DNA of 64,000 nt, taken from IMG/VR virus record IMGVR_UViG_3300032093_000041, positions 41,679-105,678 of that record; one strand, 5' to 3'. Of the stretch, positions 38,290 to 48,561 are shown piece after piece. Numbering within the stretch: position 1 is the stretch's first letter; every line of letters starts with the position of its first letter. This DNA comes from a virus. The notes beneath the pieces were generated by a model. That model had not been told where the DNA came from, did not search any database, and saw only the letters and a list, made by a program, of their open reading frames with translations. The position numbers and the translations under genes are program-made.

Positions 38290-38511
38290 CTATATGCTTA
38301 TCTGTCTTGTCTCCTGGGCCTCAATCCATACGCGCGCACCACACGAGTCAGGGGTATCTGACTGAACGACTGTTGCCGCCACAGCGTCGCAACCACAGGG
38401 GCAAATAATCTCAAGCCGGCGATGGTGAGTAGAGCCCTTGTACGTACGGTCGATGATTGCGTCAAGAGACTTACGAATCTTCTGCTGATGAACATGGATA
38501 ATGTGTTTCAT
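38290..38511 (-). CDS. Small conserved phage protein
   Basis: IIHVHQQKIR..SCGARVWIE pattern. Confidence 0.7.
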   Translation of the reverse strand: MKHIIHVHQQKIRKSLDAIIDRTYKGSTHHRRLEIICPCGCDAVAATVVQSDTPDSCGARVWIEAQETRQISI

Positions 38512-38512
38512 G

Positions 38513-38592
38513 TGGGCCCGGAGGGACTCGAACCCTCACTCCGTAGAACTGGTACCTAAAACCAGCGCGTCTGCCAATTCCGCCACGGACCC
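38513..38592 (-). tRNA. tRNA-Leu(TAG)
   Basis: Cloverleaf with variable arm; CTGGT-TT TAG GT-ACCAG. Confidence 0.92.
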
Positions 38593-38596
38593 TAAG

Positions 38597-38669
38597 CGCC
38601 CTGAGTAGGGGTCGAACCTACAACCTACAGATTAGAAGTCTGTTGCTCTATCCATTGAGCTATCAGGGC
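38597..38669 (-). tRNA. tRNA-Arg(TCT)
   Basis: Cloverleaf; ACAGA-CT TCT AA-TCTGT. Confidence 0.92.
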
Positions 38670-38978
38670 TGGCTGCTACTTACGCCTTGCTGTCTGGATG
38701 AACATAGCACTACTCTAGCAGCGGAGTTTGGATAAATCCAGCGGAAACATGGGAGTTGTAAACAATATCGTACGCTCCCACACACACACCGACGGCGACG
38801 AGAAAGTTTACAAGAGCCCCGTAGTGGCGAAGTGATAATAGGGGGTCGCGCTATTATCAGTTAAGCCATAAGTGATAACAACAGTTGAGGCCGGCGCGCC
38901 TACCGTGTGACTATACTTTTGTTTGCTATTGACAGTTGAGGCCGCCACCCTTAGGCTGTATTCAGCACAATATATACG

Positions 38979-39449
38979 ATGCGATATAAAGAAAGGCTGT
39001 GTATCTTGGACAACACGACACTCCCAGAGACGCTGTACCACGCTACGTTCCCCGACGCAGTAGACGCCATACTCGTCTCAGGACTGCAACACAATACTGA
39101 TGGCGTGGTCAATTTGACGAACGAACCGCAGTTCGCAGCAGGATTCGTCGCGATACGAGATTTCTCCCGCATAGGCGAAATAACGATAATCGACGTAAAC
39201 GGTGTAAAGACGCCGAACATAGACAAGAAGAGCTTCACCACAGCACAGGTGTTAGCAATAAACGTACGTCGATTAGATATAGATAAGCTGTCTATCAACG
39301 AGAGCGAGACGCAGGCTGCTAAGGCCGGCGCACTCCCAGAAGGACTCGTGTCCTATACCTACTCAGGCACGATACCTCGTGAAGCGATACACATCGCAGA
39401 TATATTCATCAAGAACGATAGCCGCATCCCTCCGCAGTTCGAACCGTAG
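38979..39449 (+). CDS. Tpt1/KptA-like ART-fold protein
   Basis: LYHAT..AILVSGL..VNLT..VLAINV..IPREAI; start may be TTG 39006. Confidence 0.6.
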   Translation: MRYKERLCILDNTTLPETLYHATFPDAVDAILVSGLQHNTDGVVNLTNEPQFAAGFVAIRDFSRIGEITIIDVNGVKTPNIDKKSFTTAQVLAINVRRLDIDKLSINESETQAAKAGALPEGLVSYTYSGTIPREAIHIADIFIKNDSRIPPQFEP

Positions 39450-39469
39450 AAGCCCACGGGCGATACGGG

Positions 39470-40099
39470 TTACATCCATTCGCAAGCGAAGCCTTTATCA
39501 GACAGCCCGTTACTCAGTGAGGAGTAGTACGTCTCCTCGTCCTCAGGTGGTTCCTCGTAGGCCACCTCGTCCAGCACTCTGGCGAATAGGTTTGGATACA
39601 TAGCGTCCTGTCCTCTGACCAGCGTCTTGCCAGGAAAGTACAGCTCCTCTTCCCATTCAACCTTCCTTCCCCATAGCTGCTTATAAGGCTTAGCCAGGAA
39701 GGTGACTTCGTCGTTTTCTACGTGAGTTATAGCCAAACATTCGCTTACGGGTGAGTCTTTCTCAACGTAGACTTCGCTCAGCTCCCTACCTGACGTTGCC
39801 TCAGGATTGGTACTTACCCAGCCCTCTGACACCATCGTAAAGGCGTCTACGCCCCATCCCTTCTTGACGATACATATAGCCTCGCTCACACGCTTGAACC
39901 GCTCTGTGTGGTCTCTCGTCTCAGGAGTTTGAGCCAACGACAGCACAAGCTCTAGCCCGTTTTCCTTCCAGCAGAAGATTGACATAGGCAGGTCTTCGCC
40001 AATGCCGTATTGCTTGACACACTGCTCCTTGGCGTTCACAGCACTCAGTAGCGATACAGCCAACTTGTCTAGGCGATGAGGATATTTGGCCTGTCCCAT
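39470..40099 (-). CDS. Hypothetical protein, distant paralogue of 59741-60316
   Basis: FTMVSEGW..SPVSECL vs LAYVVEGY..SDVREGL. Confidence 0.7.
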   Translation of the reverse strand: MGQAKYPHRLDKLAVSLLSAVNAKEQCVKQYGIGEDLPMSIFCWKENGLELVLSLAQTPETRDHTERFKRVSEAICIVKKGWGVDAFTMVSEGWVSTNPEATSGRELSEVYVEKDSPVSECLAITHVENDEVTFLAKPYKQLWGRKVEWEEELYFPGKTLVRGQDAMYPNLFARVLDEVAYEEPPEDEETYYSSLSNGLSDKGFACEWM

Positions 40100-40156
40100 T
40101 TAGCCATACTAGCCTAGTTACGCCACGGGTGTGATTTGGCGACTAATGTATCCGTT

Positions 40157-40507
40157 ATGGCAACACCAAAGAAGAAGACAGACAAAAAGGCCCCTGCGAA
40201 GAAGGCCGCTGCAAAGAAAGCACCTGCCAAGAAGGTGCCAGCTAAAAGAGCTGCAGCAAAAGACAGTGCTCCCAAGAAGAGCGCACCTAAGAAGCCTGCG
40301 CCCAAGAAGAAGGCAGCGCCGAAGAAGGTCGCCAAGGTTTCTCAGACAAGCACCACAACAAGCACTGTTGATGCCGATGTCATTTGGAATGTATTCCAGA
40401 GCGATACAGCAGACGTCAGTGCAACAGTTAATGGTAAAGTCATCTACGCAAATGATGTCAAGCCAGCAAGCGTCAAGAAGAAATTCCTAGCCTGGTTCAA
40501 ACGCTAA
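40157..40507 (+). CDS. Histone H1/Hup-tail-like PAKK-repeat protein
   Basis: KKAPAKK repeats. Confidence 0.8.
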   Translation: MATPKKKTDKKAPAKKAAAKKAPAKKVPAKRAAAKDSAPKKSAPKKPAPKKKAAPKKVAKVSQTSTTTSTVDADVIWNVFQSDTADVSATVNGKVIYANDVKPASVKKKFLAWFKR

Positions 40508-40540
40508 AGGCTCACGGGTAACCCCGTGTAACATTATTTA

Positions 40541-40858
40541 ATGAGCGACGCATTCCGCAATCAGGACACTGTCTTTGGCATCCCCATCCTCAGAGCAGGA
40601 CGTGACGCATGCCCTGTGTGCCAGCATCCAACAGGAGACTGCGCACAACACGAAGACAACGAAGCAGTTGGTATCAATCACATCGCATTTACTGACAGCA
40701 CTCTTGAAACAATGAAAGACACACAAACAGTCTTAGTTGAAGAGAATATATACGAAGACAGACAAATAACTCCGTTCACTAAAGCTCGCGTAATCGTGCA
40801 TCACAAAGGAAGTTATGTCACAGTTGACAAAGCAAAAGAGTTGGGAATTCTAGACTGA
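40541..40858 (+). CDS. Hypothetical protein
   Basis: CPVCQHPTGDC motif. Confidence 0.65.
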   Translation: MSDAFRNQDTVFGIPILRAGRDACPVCQHPTGDCAQHEDNEAVGINHIAFTDSTLETMKDTQTVLVEENIYEDRQITPFTKARVIVHHKGSYVTVDKAKELGILD

Positions 40859-40925
40859 CTTGCTTACGGGTGCTGTTGTAGAATAGAGTCTCTCAAACAA
40901 GGGACCTCCAACAGAAAGCAAGGCT

Positions 40926-42851
40926 ATGTCAGCATTTACACCAGAATTCCTATCTTCATATTCACAGAAACAAACTCCTTGGGGGTTTGGCGGTTTAGGT
41001 GAAGTGGTGTACTTGAGAACGTACAGCCGTCCTGTCGAAGGTCTTGGTCGCAACGAAACTTGGACAGAAAGTATCGTACGGGCTATTGATGGTGCTATTG
41101 AAATTGGTGCACCACTTAGCCAAGAACAAGCAGAGAAGCTGTTCGACCACATGTTCTATCTACGTTGCTCTCTGTCAGGTCGCGCGCTGTGGCAGCTTGG
41201 CACACCATTGGTTAAGCAGTTCAGTGGCACATCGCTAAACAACTGCTACTTCACAAACATCGAGAAGGTAGAAGACTTCGAACTTCTATTCGATTACCTC
41301 ATGCTTGGTGGCGGCGTTGGCTTCTCTGTAGAGCGTTCCAAGATTCACGAACTTCCAAAGGTCAAAACAGGAGTATCAATTACTCACGAACGCACCAACG
41401 ATGCAGACATCATCGTTCCAGATAGCCGTACTGGCTGGCGTCGTCTTTTGCATAGTGTGTTGAAGTCATATTTCGACACGGGTAAGTCTTTCTCATACTC
41501 CACAATTCTGGTTCGCGAATTTGGAGCACCACTCAAGACATTTGGTGGAACAGCAAGCGGACCTGGCGCGCTCATTGATGGCATCGAAGATATTTGCAAG
41601 GTAATGAAGAACCGCGAAGGCAAGAAGCTACGCAGCATCGATGTTCTTGACATCTGCAACATCATTGGAAAGATTGTTGTTTCTGGCTCATCACGTCGCT
41701 CTGCACAGATTGCTATTGGCGACCCAGACGATGTTCTGTTCCTTCGTGCAAAGAATTGGTCTACGGGTAATGTTCCGGCATATCGTGCCAACTCCAACAA
41801 CAGTATCTATGCAGACCACTTCGATGAGATTCTTCCAGAACTATGGAAGGGATACGACGGTTCAGGCGAGCCATATGGTCTCGTCAATCGTCGTCTTGCA
41901 CGCTCATACGGGCGTCTTGGTGAGCGCAAAGTGGACAACACCATCGAAGGCTTTAACCCATGTGCAGAGATTGGTCTTGGAGACGGAGAGTCCTGCAACC
42001 TGTCAACATTGTTCCTTCCAAACATCGATTCATTCGAACAACTGTGTGAAATATCTGAACTTCTTTATGTCGTTCAAAAAAGCATTACACGCATGAACTA
42101 CCCATACGAAAAGACGACAGAGATTGTTCGCAAGAACGCTCGTCTTGGTCAAAGCATCACGGGCGTCTTGCAGTGCTCAGAAGAAAAGATTTCATGGCTG
42201 TCTCCTGCATACGAAAAGCTTGAAGCACTCGACAAGGAATACTCCAAGAAGAATGGACTACCTACGTCTGTTCGTTTAACGACGGTTCAGCCTTCGGGTA
42301 CTCTCTCTCTTCTCCCAGGTGTTACGCCAGGTATTCACCCTGCATACGCCAAGTACTACATCCGTCGCGTTCGCTTTGGTGCTGCCGACCCGCTTGTTGC
42401 GGCATGTCGTGCTCGCGGGCACAAGGTGCAGTGGGACATCGGCCTTGACGGTCGCGAAGACCATACACGCTATGTTGTTGAATTCCCTTGCGAATCACCA
42501 GAGGGTTCAGTACTTGCTGCAGAAATGACAGCAATCGAGCAACTGCAATGGGTCAAGCGCATGCAAACAGTGTGGGCTGACAACGCGGTGTCAGTGACTG
42601 TGTACTACCGCAAGGAAGAGCTCGCCGGCATCAAAGAGTGGTTGGAGAAAAACTATGACACGGGTGTTAAGTCAGTGTCATTCTTGTTGCACGCAGACCA
42701 CAACTTCCCTCTTCCCCCATACGAAGAGATTGACCAACAGACATATGAGAAGCTTGTCTCCAAGTTGGACATGAGTGTTCCGATGCAGGTTGCCACGGGT
42801 GGTCTTCTAGACCTAGACGACTGCTCTACAGGAGCGTGTCCAGTTCGCTAA
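40926..42851 (+). CDS. nrdJ: Class II (B12-dependent) ribonucleotide reductase
   Basis: SLNNC, GGGVG, RRSAQIAIG, NPCAE, TTVQPSGT, C-terminal CSTGACPVR. Confidence 0.93.
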   Translation: MSAFTPEFLSSYSQKQTPWGFGGLGEVVYLRTYSRPVEGLGRNETWTESIVRAIDGAIEIGAPLSQEQAEKLFDHMFYLRCSLSGRALWQLGTPLVKQFSGTSLNNCYFTNIEKVEDFELLFDYLMLGGGVGFSVERSKIHELPKVKTGVSITHERTNDADIIVPDSRTGWRRLLHSVLKSYFDTGKSFSYSTILVREFGAPLKTFGGTASGPGALIDGIEDICKVMKNREGKKLRSIDVLDICNIIGKIVVSGSSRRSAQIAIGDPDDVLFLRAKNWSTGNVPAYRANSNNSIYADHFDEILPELWKGYDGSGEPYGLVNRRLARSYGRLGERKVDNTIEGFNPCAEIGLGDGESCNLSTLFLPNIDSFEQLCEISELLYVVQKSITRMNYPYEKTTEIVRKNARLGQSITGVLQCSEEKISWLSPAYEKLEALDKEYSKKNGLPTSVRLTTVQPSGTLSLLPGVTPGIHPAYAKYYIRRVRFGAADPLVAACRARGHKVQWDIGLDGREDHTRYVVEFPCESPEGSVLAAEMTAIEQLQWVKRMQTVWADNAVSVTVYYRKEELAGIKEWLEKNYDTGVKSVSFLLHADHNFPLPPYEEIDQQTYEKLVSKLDMSVPMQVATGGLLDLDDCSTGACPVR

Positions 42852-43023
42852 CACGGTTACGGGCGTATAGTTCCTGAGGGTAGTTTTCCCAGACTACCCC
42901 AGGAATACGACGACATATTCCGCAACGCCCACTCATGTATGCAGCTTCGCCCACATGACACGGCCAGTCTCGACAGCAGCGCAATATTATGATGCTGTTG
43001 TCTTTGATGTCATCAATTGGCAT
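42826..43023 (-). CDS. Small Cys-rich hypothetical protein
   Basis: CCRDWPC..CGIC. Confidence 0.5.
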   Translation of the reverse strand: MPIDDIKDNSIIILRCCRDWPCHVGEAAYMSGRCGICRRIPGVVWENYPQELYARNRVSELDTLL

Positions 43024-43160
43024 TGTGCTTGTGCTTACGTTTCTTAATCTTGTAACCGTTTAGGCGCAACGCTGTCTCAATATGTTCAGGGATTCCATTG
43101 GTAATCGGGATTCCCTTGTTGTTGAGAGCCTTGCGTATGATGTCAGTCTTCTTGCTCATA
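43013..43160 (-). CDS. Small basic hypothetical protein
   Basis: SD AGGAG before MSKKTD. Confidence 0.5.
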
Positions 43161-43170
43161 AATACTCCTG

Positions 43171-43243
43171 TCGGTCTGGTGGGACTCGAACCCACAACTC
43201 TCGGGTTAAAAGCCCGTTACTCTGCCAATTGAGTTACAGACCG
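43171..43243 (-). tRNA. tRNA-Lys(TTT)
   Basis: Cloverleaf; loop CT TTT AA. Confidence 0.9.
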
Positions 43244-43250
43244 GAGCCTG

Positions 43251-43568
43251 TTAACCGAGGTATTGGCTGATTTGTTCTACGAATTTGTCTTTAGGGTACG
43301 CGCCAACAACCTGTTTGTCAACCCGACCATTAACAAATACTAAGACCGTAGGGATACTCATAACGCTGTAACGCTGCGCAATCTCCGGGTAGTCATCAAC
43401 GTTTAGTGTCCCAACAGAAATATGTTGCGCATGTTCACGGGCAACTTCCTCAATGATTGGAGTAAAGAACGAACACGGGCCACACCATGAAGCCCATACG
43501 TCTACGATTGCTGGCTTGTCTGACGAGCGAATAAATGCATCGAAGTTCTTGTCTGTCAGTTCATTCAT
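43251..43568 (-). CDS. trxA: Thioredoxin
   Basis: WASWCGPC..SIPT. Confidence 0.95.
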   Translation of the reverse strand: MNELTDKNFDAFIRSSDKPAIVDVWASWCGPCSFFTPIIEEVAREHAQHISVGTLNVDDYPEIAQRYSVMSIPTVLVFVNGRVDKQVVGAYPKDKFVEQISQYLG

Positions 43569-43798
43569 TGTATGCCAGCCTCATTTATTAACTCAGCGAC
43601 CTTGTCTTGCGTCGCATCACTCACTGAATCAAGGTGAAATGGGTCGTATTCAGAACCACGTATAGAATCAGCTACTTCTGGGTAATTGACATGCAGGATA
43701 TTAAAGAACGCCTGCCCCACGCGCTCAGACAGCTTTTCTGCACGAAGAGATGAACCATCGAGGATAATTTTTACCTTGTCTGCGCCTTGATTACTCAT
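43565..43798 (-). CDS. Hypothetical protein
   Basis: RVGQAFFN..DPF phage motif; overlaps the trxA start. Confidence 0.65.
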   Translation of the reverse strand: MSNQGADKVKIILDGSSLRAEKLSERVGQAFFNILHVNYPEVADSIRGSEYDPFHLDSVSDATQDKVAELINEAGIQ

Positions 43799-43806
43799 GT
43801 ATCTAT

Positions 43807-44118
43807 TTAACCACTAAGACGGGTGTTACACAAGAGACAAAATGATGCCCACGGGTATGATTTGCGACTTTCTAGGGGGTGTTGACACTCTCCGGTCTTG
43901 GCGCAGGCGTCATTAACTGCTAGGCGTATGAACTCCGCCATGGACATGCCAGTCTTTTCGGCCGACTCCTGCCAGCGCTTATGGTCAGACTCTGTGACAC
44001 GGACCAATACCTGCTTCTGTGTTGGCTCACCAGGAGAAGTTCCTGTGTTCTTCTTTCGGGTGGGAGTAATAGAGTCTGCCACCTTATCCATTGCTGCTTC
44101 GATATTGTCTTCACTCAT
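43807..44118 (-). CDS. Ribbon-helix-helix-like protein with a Zn motif
   Basis: VLVRV..WQESAEKTGMSMAEFIR; C.H..CLLC. Confidence 0.65.
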   Translation of the reverse strand: MSEDNIEAAMDKVADSITPTRKKNTGTSPGEPTQKQVLVRVTESDHKRWQESAEKTGMSMAEFIRLAVNDACAKTGECQHPLESRKSYPWASFCLLCNTRLSG

Positions 44119-44749
44119 CGGGAAGCCTTTCCTCCACCACCTCGGCATCAACGATGTCATCGTCTACCTGGATGTTCTCTAGTTGTTTAGTTTTGTTAAG
44201 TATTGAATCAACGTAATCCGCGGGCATAACACCCGATTTGCCCATCAACTCCAGCATCTTGCGCGCTTCTGACTCAGGGCTGAACTCTTCTGCTGCCGAC
44301 CTAGGGAGAGCGCCGGCCAACACAGCACGGGCTGGAATTCTCTGCCCAATGTCTACGTTCACATTAACGTTCTGCTGGTCCATACCTAGAAGCTTTGCGC
44401 GCCTATCCATGATTGACAAGACGGACGTGATGGCCTTTAGGTCTGGTTCTATCTGGACTTCTGTTCCATCGTCTTGTGTTACCTTGCGATGCTGCGTCAT
44501 TGGCCAAATTGCTTGCTGAAGAGCATCCAGGCGCTCAAGCTCCATGCGAAGAACTTCCGGGTAGGCCAACAGGGCTTCCTGGTTCAGTTTCTCCAACTGT
44601 CTAGATATAGCGCTCGTAACAGCCTTAGTAGTAATACTGAACCTACGGGCTATTTCCCCATGGGGCACGCCAGCTTGGCGCATCTTGAAGATTCTCAAGT
44701 CGCGCTCGGCTAAGAACTCGCGTGTCAAGCTGTTGGATTTTTCGGTCAT
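44111..44749 (-). CDS. HTH protein, terminase-small-subunit-like
   Basis: MRQAGVPHGEIARRF HTH; ELERLDAL..AI..IMDRRAKLLG. Confidence 0.65.
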   Translation of the reverse strand: MTEKSNSLTREFLAERDLRIFKMRQAGVPHGEIARRFSITTKAVTSAISRQLEKLNQEALLAYPEVLRMELERLDALQQAIWPMTQHRKVTQDDGTEVQIEPDLKAITSVLSIMDRRAKLLGMDQQNVNVNVDIGQRIPARAVLAGALPRSAAEEFSPESEARKMLELMGKSGVMPADYVDSILNKTKQLENIQVDDDIVDAEVVEERLPDE

Positions 44750-44757
44750 TGGATACC

Positions 44758-46545
44758 CTAAGAGTGTTTACTAAATTCTAGTACCACAAAGGGCCAATCT
44801 GTGCCACGAGCCATCTGCTTTGGCCAATCACGCTGGTCACGGGCTCCACGGAAGTGCCCAACGTTGTAGACGTATCCCCCAGGATTGGTTGGGTCTGGTG
44901 TTAGAGCAAGACCAAACTCAGGCCAACGTGACCAGACAGACGAACCGAACGGGCGCAAGTCACGTGAACCCATGGACCCCAAGGGAGCGTGATGTTCAAG
45001 CCACAAGGTAACGCCATAGACGTCACGAATCATGTCCAAATACTTTGCCACCTCAATCGCTAGTGCTTCGCTAGTGCGGGTGCCGCTGTCAACAAAGGAC
45101 TTGTACATCGGCCCCATACAGATGAGCTGAGGCTTAATGGTTTCAATGTAGGACTCCAGCAGAACGCGGTCTTTTGTGCTTGTTAGGTCTAAGCCGTCTG
45201 GCTTCATCAGCATATGTGCGTCTACGTGCTTTGCCCCTGAATGTTTCATGGCCTGCAACATGATGCTACGCGAGGTTCGGCGGATAATGCGCTCAGGGTT
45301 TTCTAGGTCAACAGTTAGCGTTCGGACGGGTGGGATTTTCTGGAAGGTGAATGGGTGTATCCCAGCCGCTGCACAGATTGCGACTTGGCGGGCCAACATT
45401 GTCTTGCCGACGCCTTCGGCCGCGACGACCATAACGCGTTCGCTGCGTTCGAGAATGCCTGGAATAACCCAATCATATGAATCATCTTCTGCCTCCTGAA
45501 GAAACTCTTGCCAGTTAACTAGTCGTCCTGGCTGACCTGTTACGTGCTGTGTGTCTGCGCTATTTAACAACACGACAGAGCGATTAATTTTTTGCTGGAG
45601 AGTCAGCTTATTCTTGTTAAATACATCAATGATTTGCTCAAGAAGACTGTCTTCTGTCGTGTCTTCTGTTGGCTCTTCTAGCTGCGGCATTGTCTCTGCG
45701 CGCTCATAAAAACCAAGTTCAATCAGGTCGTCAATATCTTTCCCAGACACAATATGGTCAGTAATGTCTTTTGCTGTTGGCGACATCCATATGTTGCAAC
45801 CTCGAGCACCAGCAGCCTGAAGCTTTGCCGCTACAGCCAAAGCATGTTGTTTACCCACTTCGTCATTGTCGGCAATGATTTCTACATGCGCTGCAGAGAG
45901 AACATCGGTGTATGACTGCTCCCACTTTCCTGCGCCGCTATCCATGGTTGTCCCACAGATACCCATATCGGCCAATGTGTCAGCGTCTTTCTCGCCCTCC
46001 ACAAGCCACACGGGTTCACCTGCTGCAATTGCCTTAACTACTTCAGGAAGACGATAAAGAACACGACGCACAAGCGGCTCTTTCAGGTTCCAGATGTATT
46101 CCCCTGGATTTGCTGGGTCCGGCTGACGATTAGCAAATGATTTTCCGCCATCATCCAAGCGAAAGCGCACCTTCTCATATAGAAGCGTGCCCTCTTCGTT
46201 GTAATACGGGTATACCTTTTCAATCTTCTTACCTACGTTGCGCTTAGTAGATGCACTACGGGTGTCTGGTTGAAACTTAGGGGCAGGAACCCAGTCGTCG
46301 TCACTCTCTGAGAAAAGCTCGCGTGCCTCTAGGCCGATTGACTTACATATCTCATCAAGCGAACAAGAATTACCACGGTGACAATGCATTAGTGCTGTCC
46401 CCTCGTCGTTCTGCGAAATAGCAAGCGAAGGGTTCTGGTCATCATTGCGACAAGGGCAACGCGCCATCCATTGGTTGCGGCCTGTTTGGCGCACTCCCTC
46501 AAGAAGACTAAGGACTGTGTCTACGGGTTTAGAGATATTGCTCAT
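44758..46545 (-). CDS. Primase-helicase (Zn finger, TOPRIM, RecA-family/AAA_25)
   Basis: ARCPC..SL..HC; LVEGEKDAD..IADND; AAEGVGKT Walker A; DLEN; LEHH. Confidence 0.9.
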   Translation of the reverse strand: MSNISKPVDTVLSLLEGVRQTGRNQWMARCPCRNDDQNPSLAISQNDEGTALMHCHRGNSCSLDEICKSIGLEARELFSESDDDWVPAPKFQPDTRSASTKRNVGKKIEKVYPYYNEEGTLLYEKVRFRLDDGGKSFANRQPDPANPGEYIWNLKEPLVRRVLYRLPEVVKAIAAGEPVWLVEGEKDADTLADMGICGTTMDSGAGKWEQSYTDVLSAAHVEIIADNDEVGKQHALAVAAKLQAAGARGCNIWMSPTAKDITDHIVSGKDIDDLIELGFYERAETMPQLEEPTEDTTEDSLLEQIIDVFNKNKLTLQQKINRSVVLLNSADTQHVTGQPGRLVNWQEFLQEAEDDSYDWVIPGILERSERVMVVAAEGVGKTMLARQVAICAAAGIHPFTFQKIPPVRTLTVDLENPERIIRRTSRSIMLQAMKHSGAKHVDAHMLMKPDGLDLTSTKDRVLLESYIETIKPQLICMGPMYKSFVDSGTRTSEALAIEVAKYLDMIRDVYGVTLWLEHHAPLGSMGSRDLRPFGSSVWSRWPEFGLALTPDPTNPGGYVYNVGHFRGARDQRDWPKQMARGTDWPFVVLEFSKHS

Positions 46546-46849
46546 GAATCGCAATCTTTGTAAATAGTTTGAGTGTGCCGTCAGCTTTTCTTCGTCTGGC
46601 TATTTGTTCTCGTGCATCAATATTTAATCCACCCCAGATGCCATGTTGCTCCTGGGCTGAGATTGCATACTCTAGACACTCTTTGCGCACATGACAACCC
46701 GAACAGATTTCTTTTGCAACAACAGTGTCGCGCGCGCGTGCACCTCTGGCGTGACGCTCGGGAAACCACCAGTCAACCGGATAACCGATACATGCACCGT
46801 CTTGTGGCGGTTGCTCCTCAAATGGAATAACCCAACGAATACCCGACAT
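46529..46849 (-). CDS. whiB: Second WhiB-family regulator
   Basis: GAC..WWFPE..AKEICSGCHVRKECLEYA..GIWGG. Confidence 0.9.
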   Translation of the reverse strand: MSGIRWVIPFEEQPPQDGACIGYPVDWWFPERHARGARARDTVVAKEICSGCHVRKECLEYAISAQEQHGIWGGLNIDAREQIARRRKADGTLKLFTKIAIHEQYL

Positions 46850-46904
46850 AACCCTCCTCGGTTGAACTACGAAGGATAGTTGAGCTTTATGCGAAATGCA
46901 ATAA

Positions 46905-47381
46905 CTAGTCGAATATTTCTGCGATACGACGGAACGCGTACGCAACTTTTTCACGGGCTGATGTTTTGATTCCCAGATAGCGCTCAACAAATTCCTGCGC
47001 GCGTCTATTTGACACAGCCGTGATTTCGTAAACCATGTCTCTGTAGCTATCTGAGTTGATGAACTGCTCCCACAGCAGCGGGTCAAATCCGTCATACTTG
47101 TGGAATGTCATTGACTCCAGACCGTCTTTGTCTGCGATTATCTCTAGACGCCAGTTGGTTTGTTTCTCGATAGACAAAAGCAGGTCTGTCATCGCAGCAG
47201 CACCATCGTTTTCGAAGGCTGCCTTGACAAAGGCATTTATTTGACGCTGCCGGTGCAGAATCCAAGCATCTTCCATCTCTTCCATCTCTTCTTCAGAGAG
47301 AGAGTCTGTGCTTATTTCAATATCGTCGTCGTCGTCTTCCCAGTCGAACATATCGTCATTGAAAAAATCACGGAAAGACAT
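46905..47381 (-). CDS. Acidic hypothetical protein
   Basis: 158-aa ORF in operon. Confidence 0.7.
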   Translation of the reverse strand: MSFRDFFNDDMFDWEDDDDDIEISTDSLSEEEMEEMEDAWILHRQRQINAFVKAAFENDGAAAMTDLLLSIEKQTNWRLEIIADKDGLESMTFHKYDGFDPLLWEQFINSDSYRDMVYEITAVSNRRAQEFVERYLGIKTSAREKVAYAFRRIAEIFD

Positions 47382-47385
47382 TCCC

Positions 47386-48414
47386 TTAGTTTAGCACCAA
47401 GGAGTGTGTAAGCAACTTTTTCTGAGTAACACTTGATGTGTCGTCCATTGACGCGATGGCATTGCTTACTTTGTCATCAGTTCTGTTGTGGTCTAGGTAC
47501 TCCGCCACCGCGTTATACAGCGACCAGCCGTTGAATCCGTAGCTTCCGGCGTTGCGTTCATTCACATAGATTCCCAGAACCTGGTCGAGCAGTTCTTCCC
47601 TGTTCTTCTTTTGTCTAGATGATTCATCACGCTGCGCAGGGAATACGCCATTCAATACATCGCTAAGCTTTTTACTGCGTAATGGCGCACTTATAGCAAG
47701 CATTCTTTCCGCTTCAGCGCGGAACTTATCGGACCATGTTGTCGAGAGGTGCAGAACAGTGCGGGCGTCTTCTATAACGGTGTCAACGTTTCTTGTGTGA
47801 CGTGCTGTGAATACACGCTGTGCATTCTTGAGACCAAGCACGACTGTGTTGTTGCATACGGCCCTGATATCTGTGTTGGCATACCGGATAGGCCACACGC
47901 CATCATGGCCAGTCGACACAACTAGATAGCGAGCCACTTTGTCGTTGACACCTGCAGGGTCAATGAAGGTAGCGCTCAGTTCAATGGTTGCAAAGAATCT
48001 TGCTCCGCCCCTTAGGCAACCAACAGTATCCATTACCGCATCGTCTGGAGACGCCCCAACTACAGCGATGGCTCGCTCTAGAACTTCCCTGTTCTGACGC
48101 ACCACATACCTGGTTCCAACCGTTGCGAGTGGCTCAATAGACCCATCAGAATTCTGACGTACTGTTGCCCGGCTGTCATCGATGAGAACTACGGAACCAT
48201 CGGAATTGCGTATCAGTTCGCCATTGTCGTCCACTGCTGCTACACGTGTCAGCAGCACGTCATAGTCGGCCTCTGCAGCCTGAAGCATGGCGTCAACCGT
48301 CTGCAAACCCTCCATGGGAGCCCCAAGTCGATGCCAGGGAATAACCCTGTCTCCACCGAGGGCATAAGCCATTCTAGCCTTGCCGTTTTTTGTGAAATCC
48401 AGTTCATGACTCAT
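47386..48414 (-). CDS. DUF932-family phage/plasmid protein
   Basis: PWHRLG..Y..RQN..GHDG..IRAVCNNT..RHT..WSLYNAVAEYLDH. Confidence 0.85.
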   Translation of the reverse strand: MSHELDFTKNGKARMAYALGGDRVIPWHRLGAPMEGLQTVDAMLQAAEADYDVLLTRVAAVDDNGELIRNSDGSVVLIDDSRATVRQNSDGSIEPLATVGTRYVVRQNREVLERAIAVVGASPDDAVMDTVGCLRGGARFFATIELSATFIDPAGVNDKVARYLVVSTGHDGVWPIRYANTDIRAVCNNTVVLGLKNAQRVFTARHTRNVDTVIEDARTVLHLSTTWSDKFRAEAERMLAISAPLRSKKLSDVLNGVFPAQRDESSRQKKNREELLDQVLGIYVNERNAGSYGFNGWSLYNAVAEYLDHNRTDDKVSNAIASMDDTSSVTQKKLLTHSLVLN

Positions 48415-48561
48415 ATAAATTCACCTGGAGTCACAATAGCAGCAAGGGTTTGCGGGGGGCGGAAGAATTTTTGTGATATGGGGGTTGCAAATCTCTCAAA
48501 CTCGTGTTTATCCTATATCCAGCTTCGGCAAAGTGCTGAAGCCTTACTTGAAGGAAAACCT

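Noticed and set aside
48331-48561. Long N-terminal extension of the ParB-like ORF
   Set aside because: Overlaps the divergent DUF932 gene and promoter region; a good SD supports ATG 48562.
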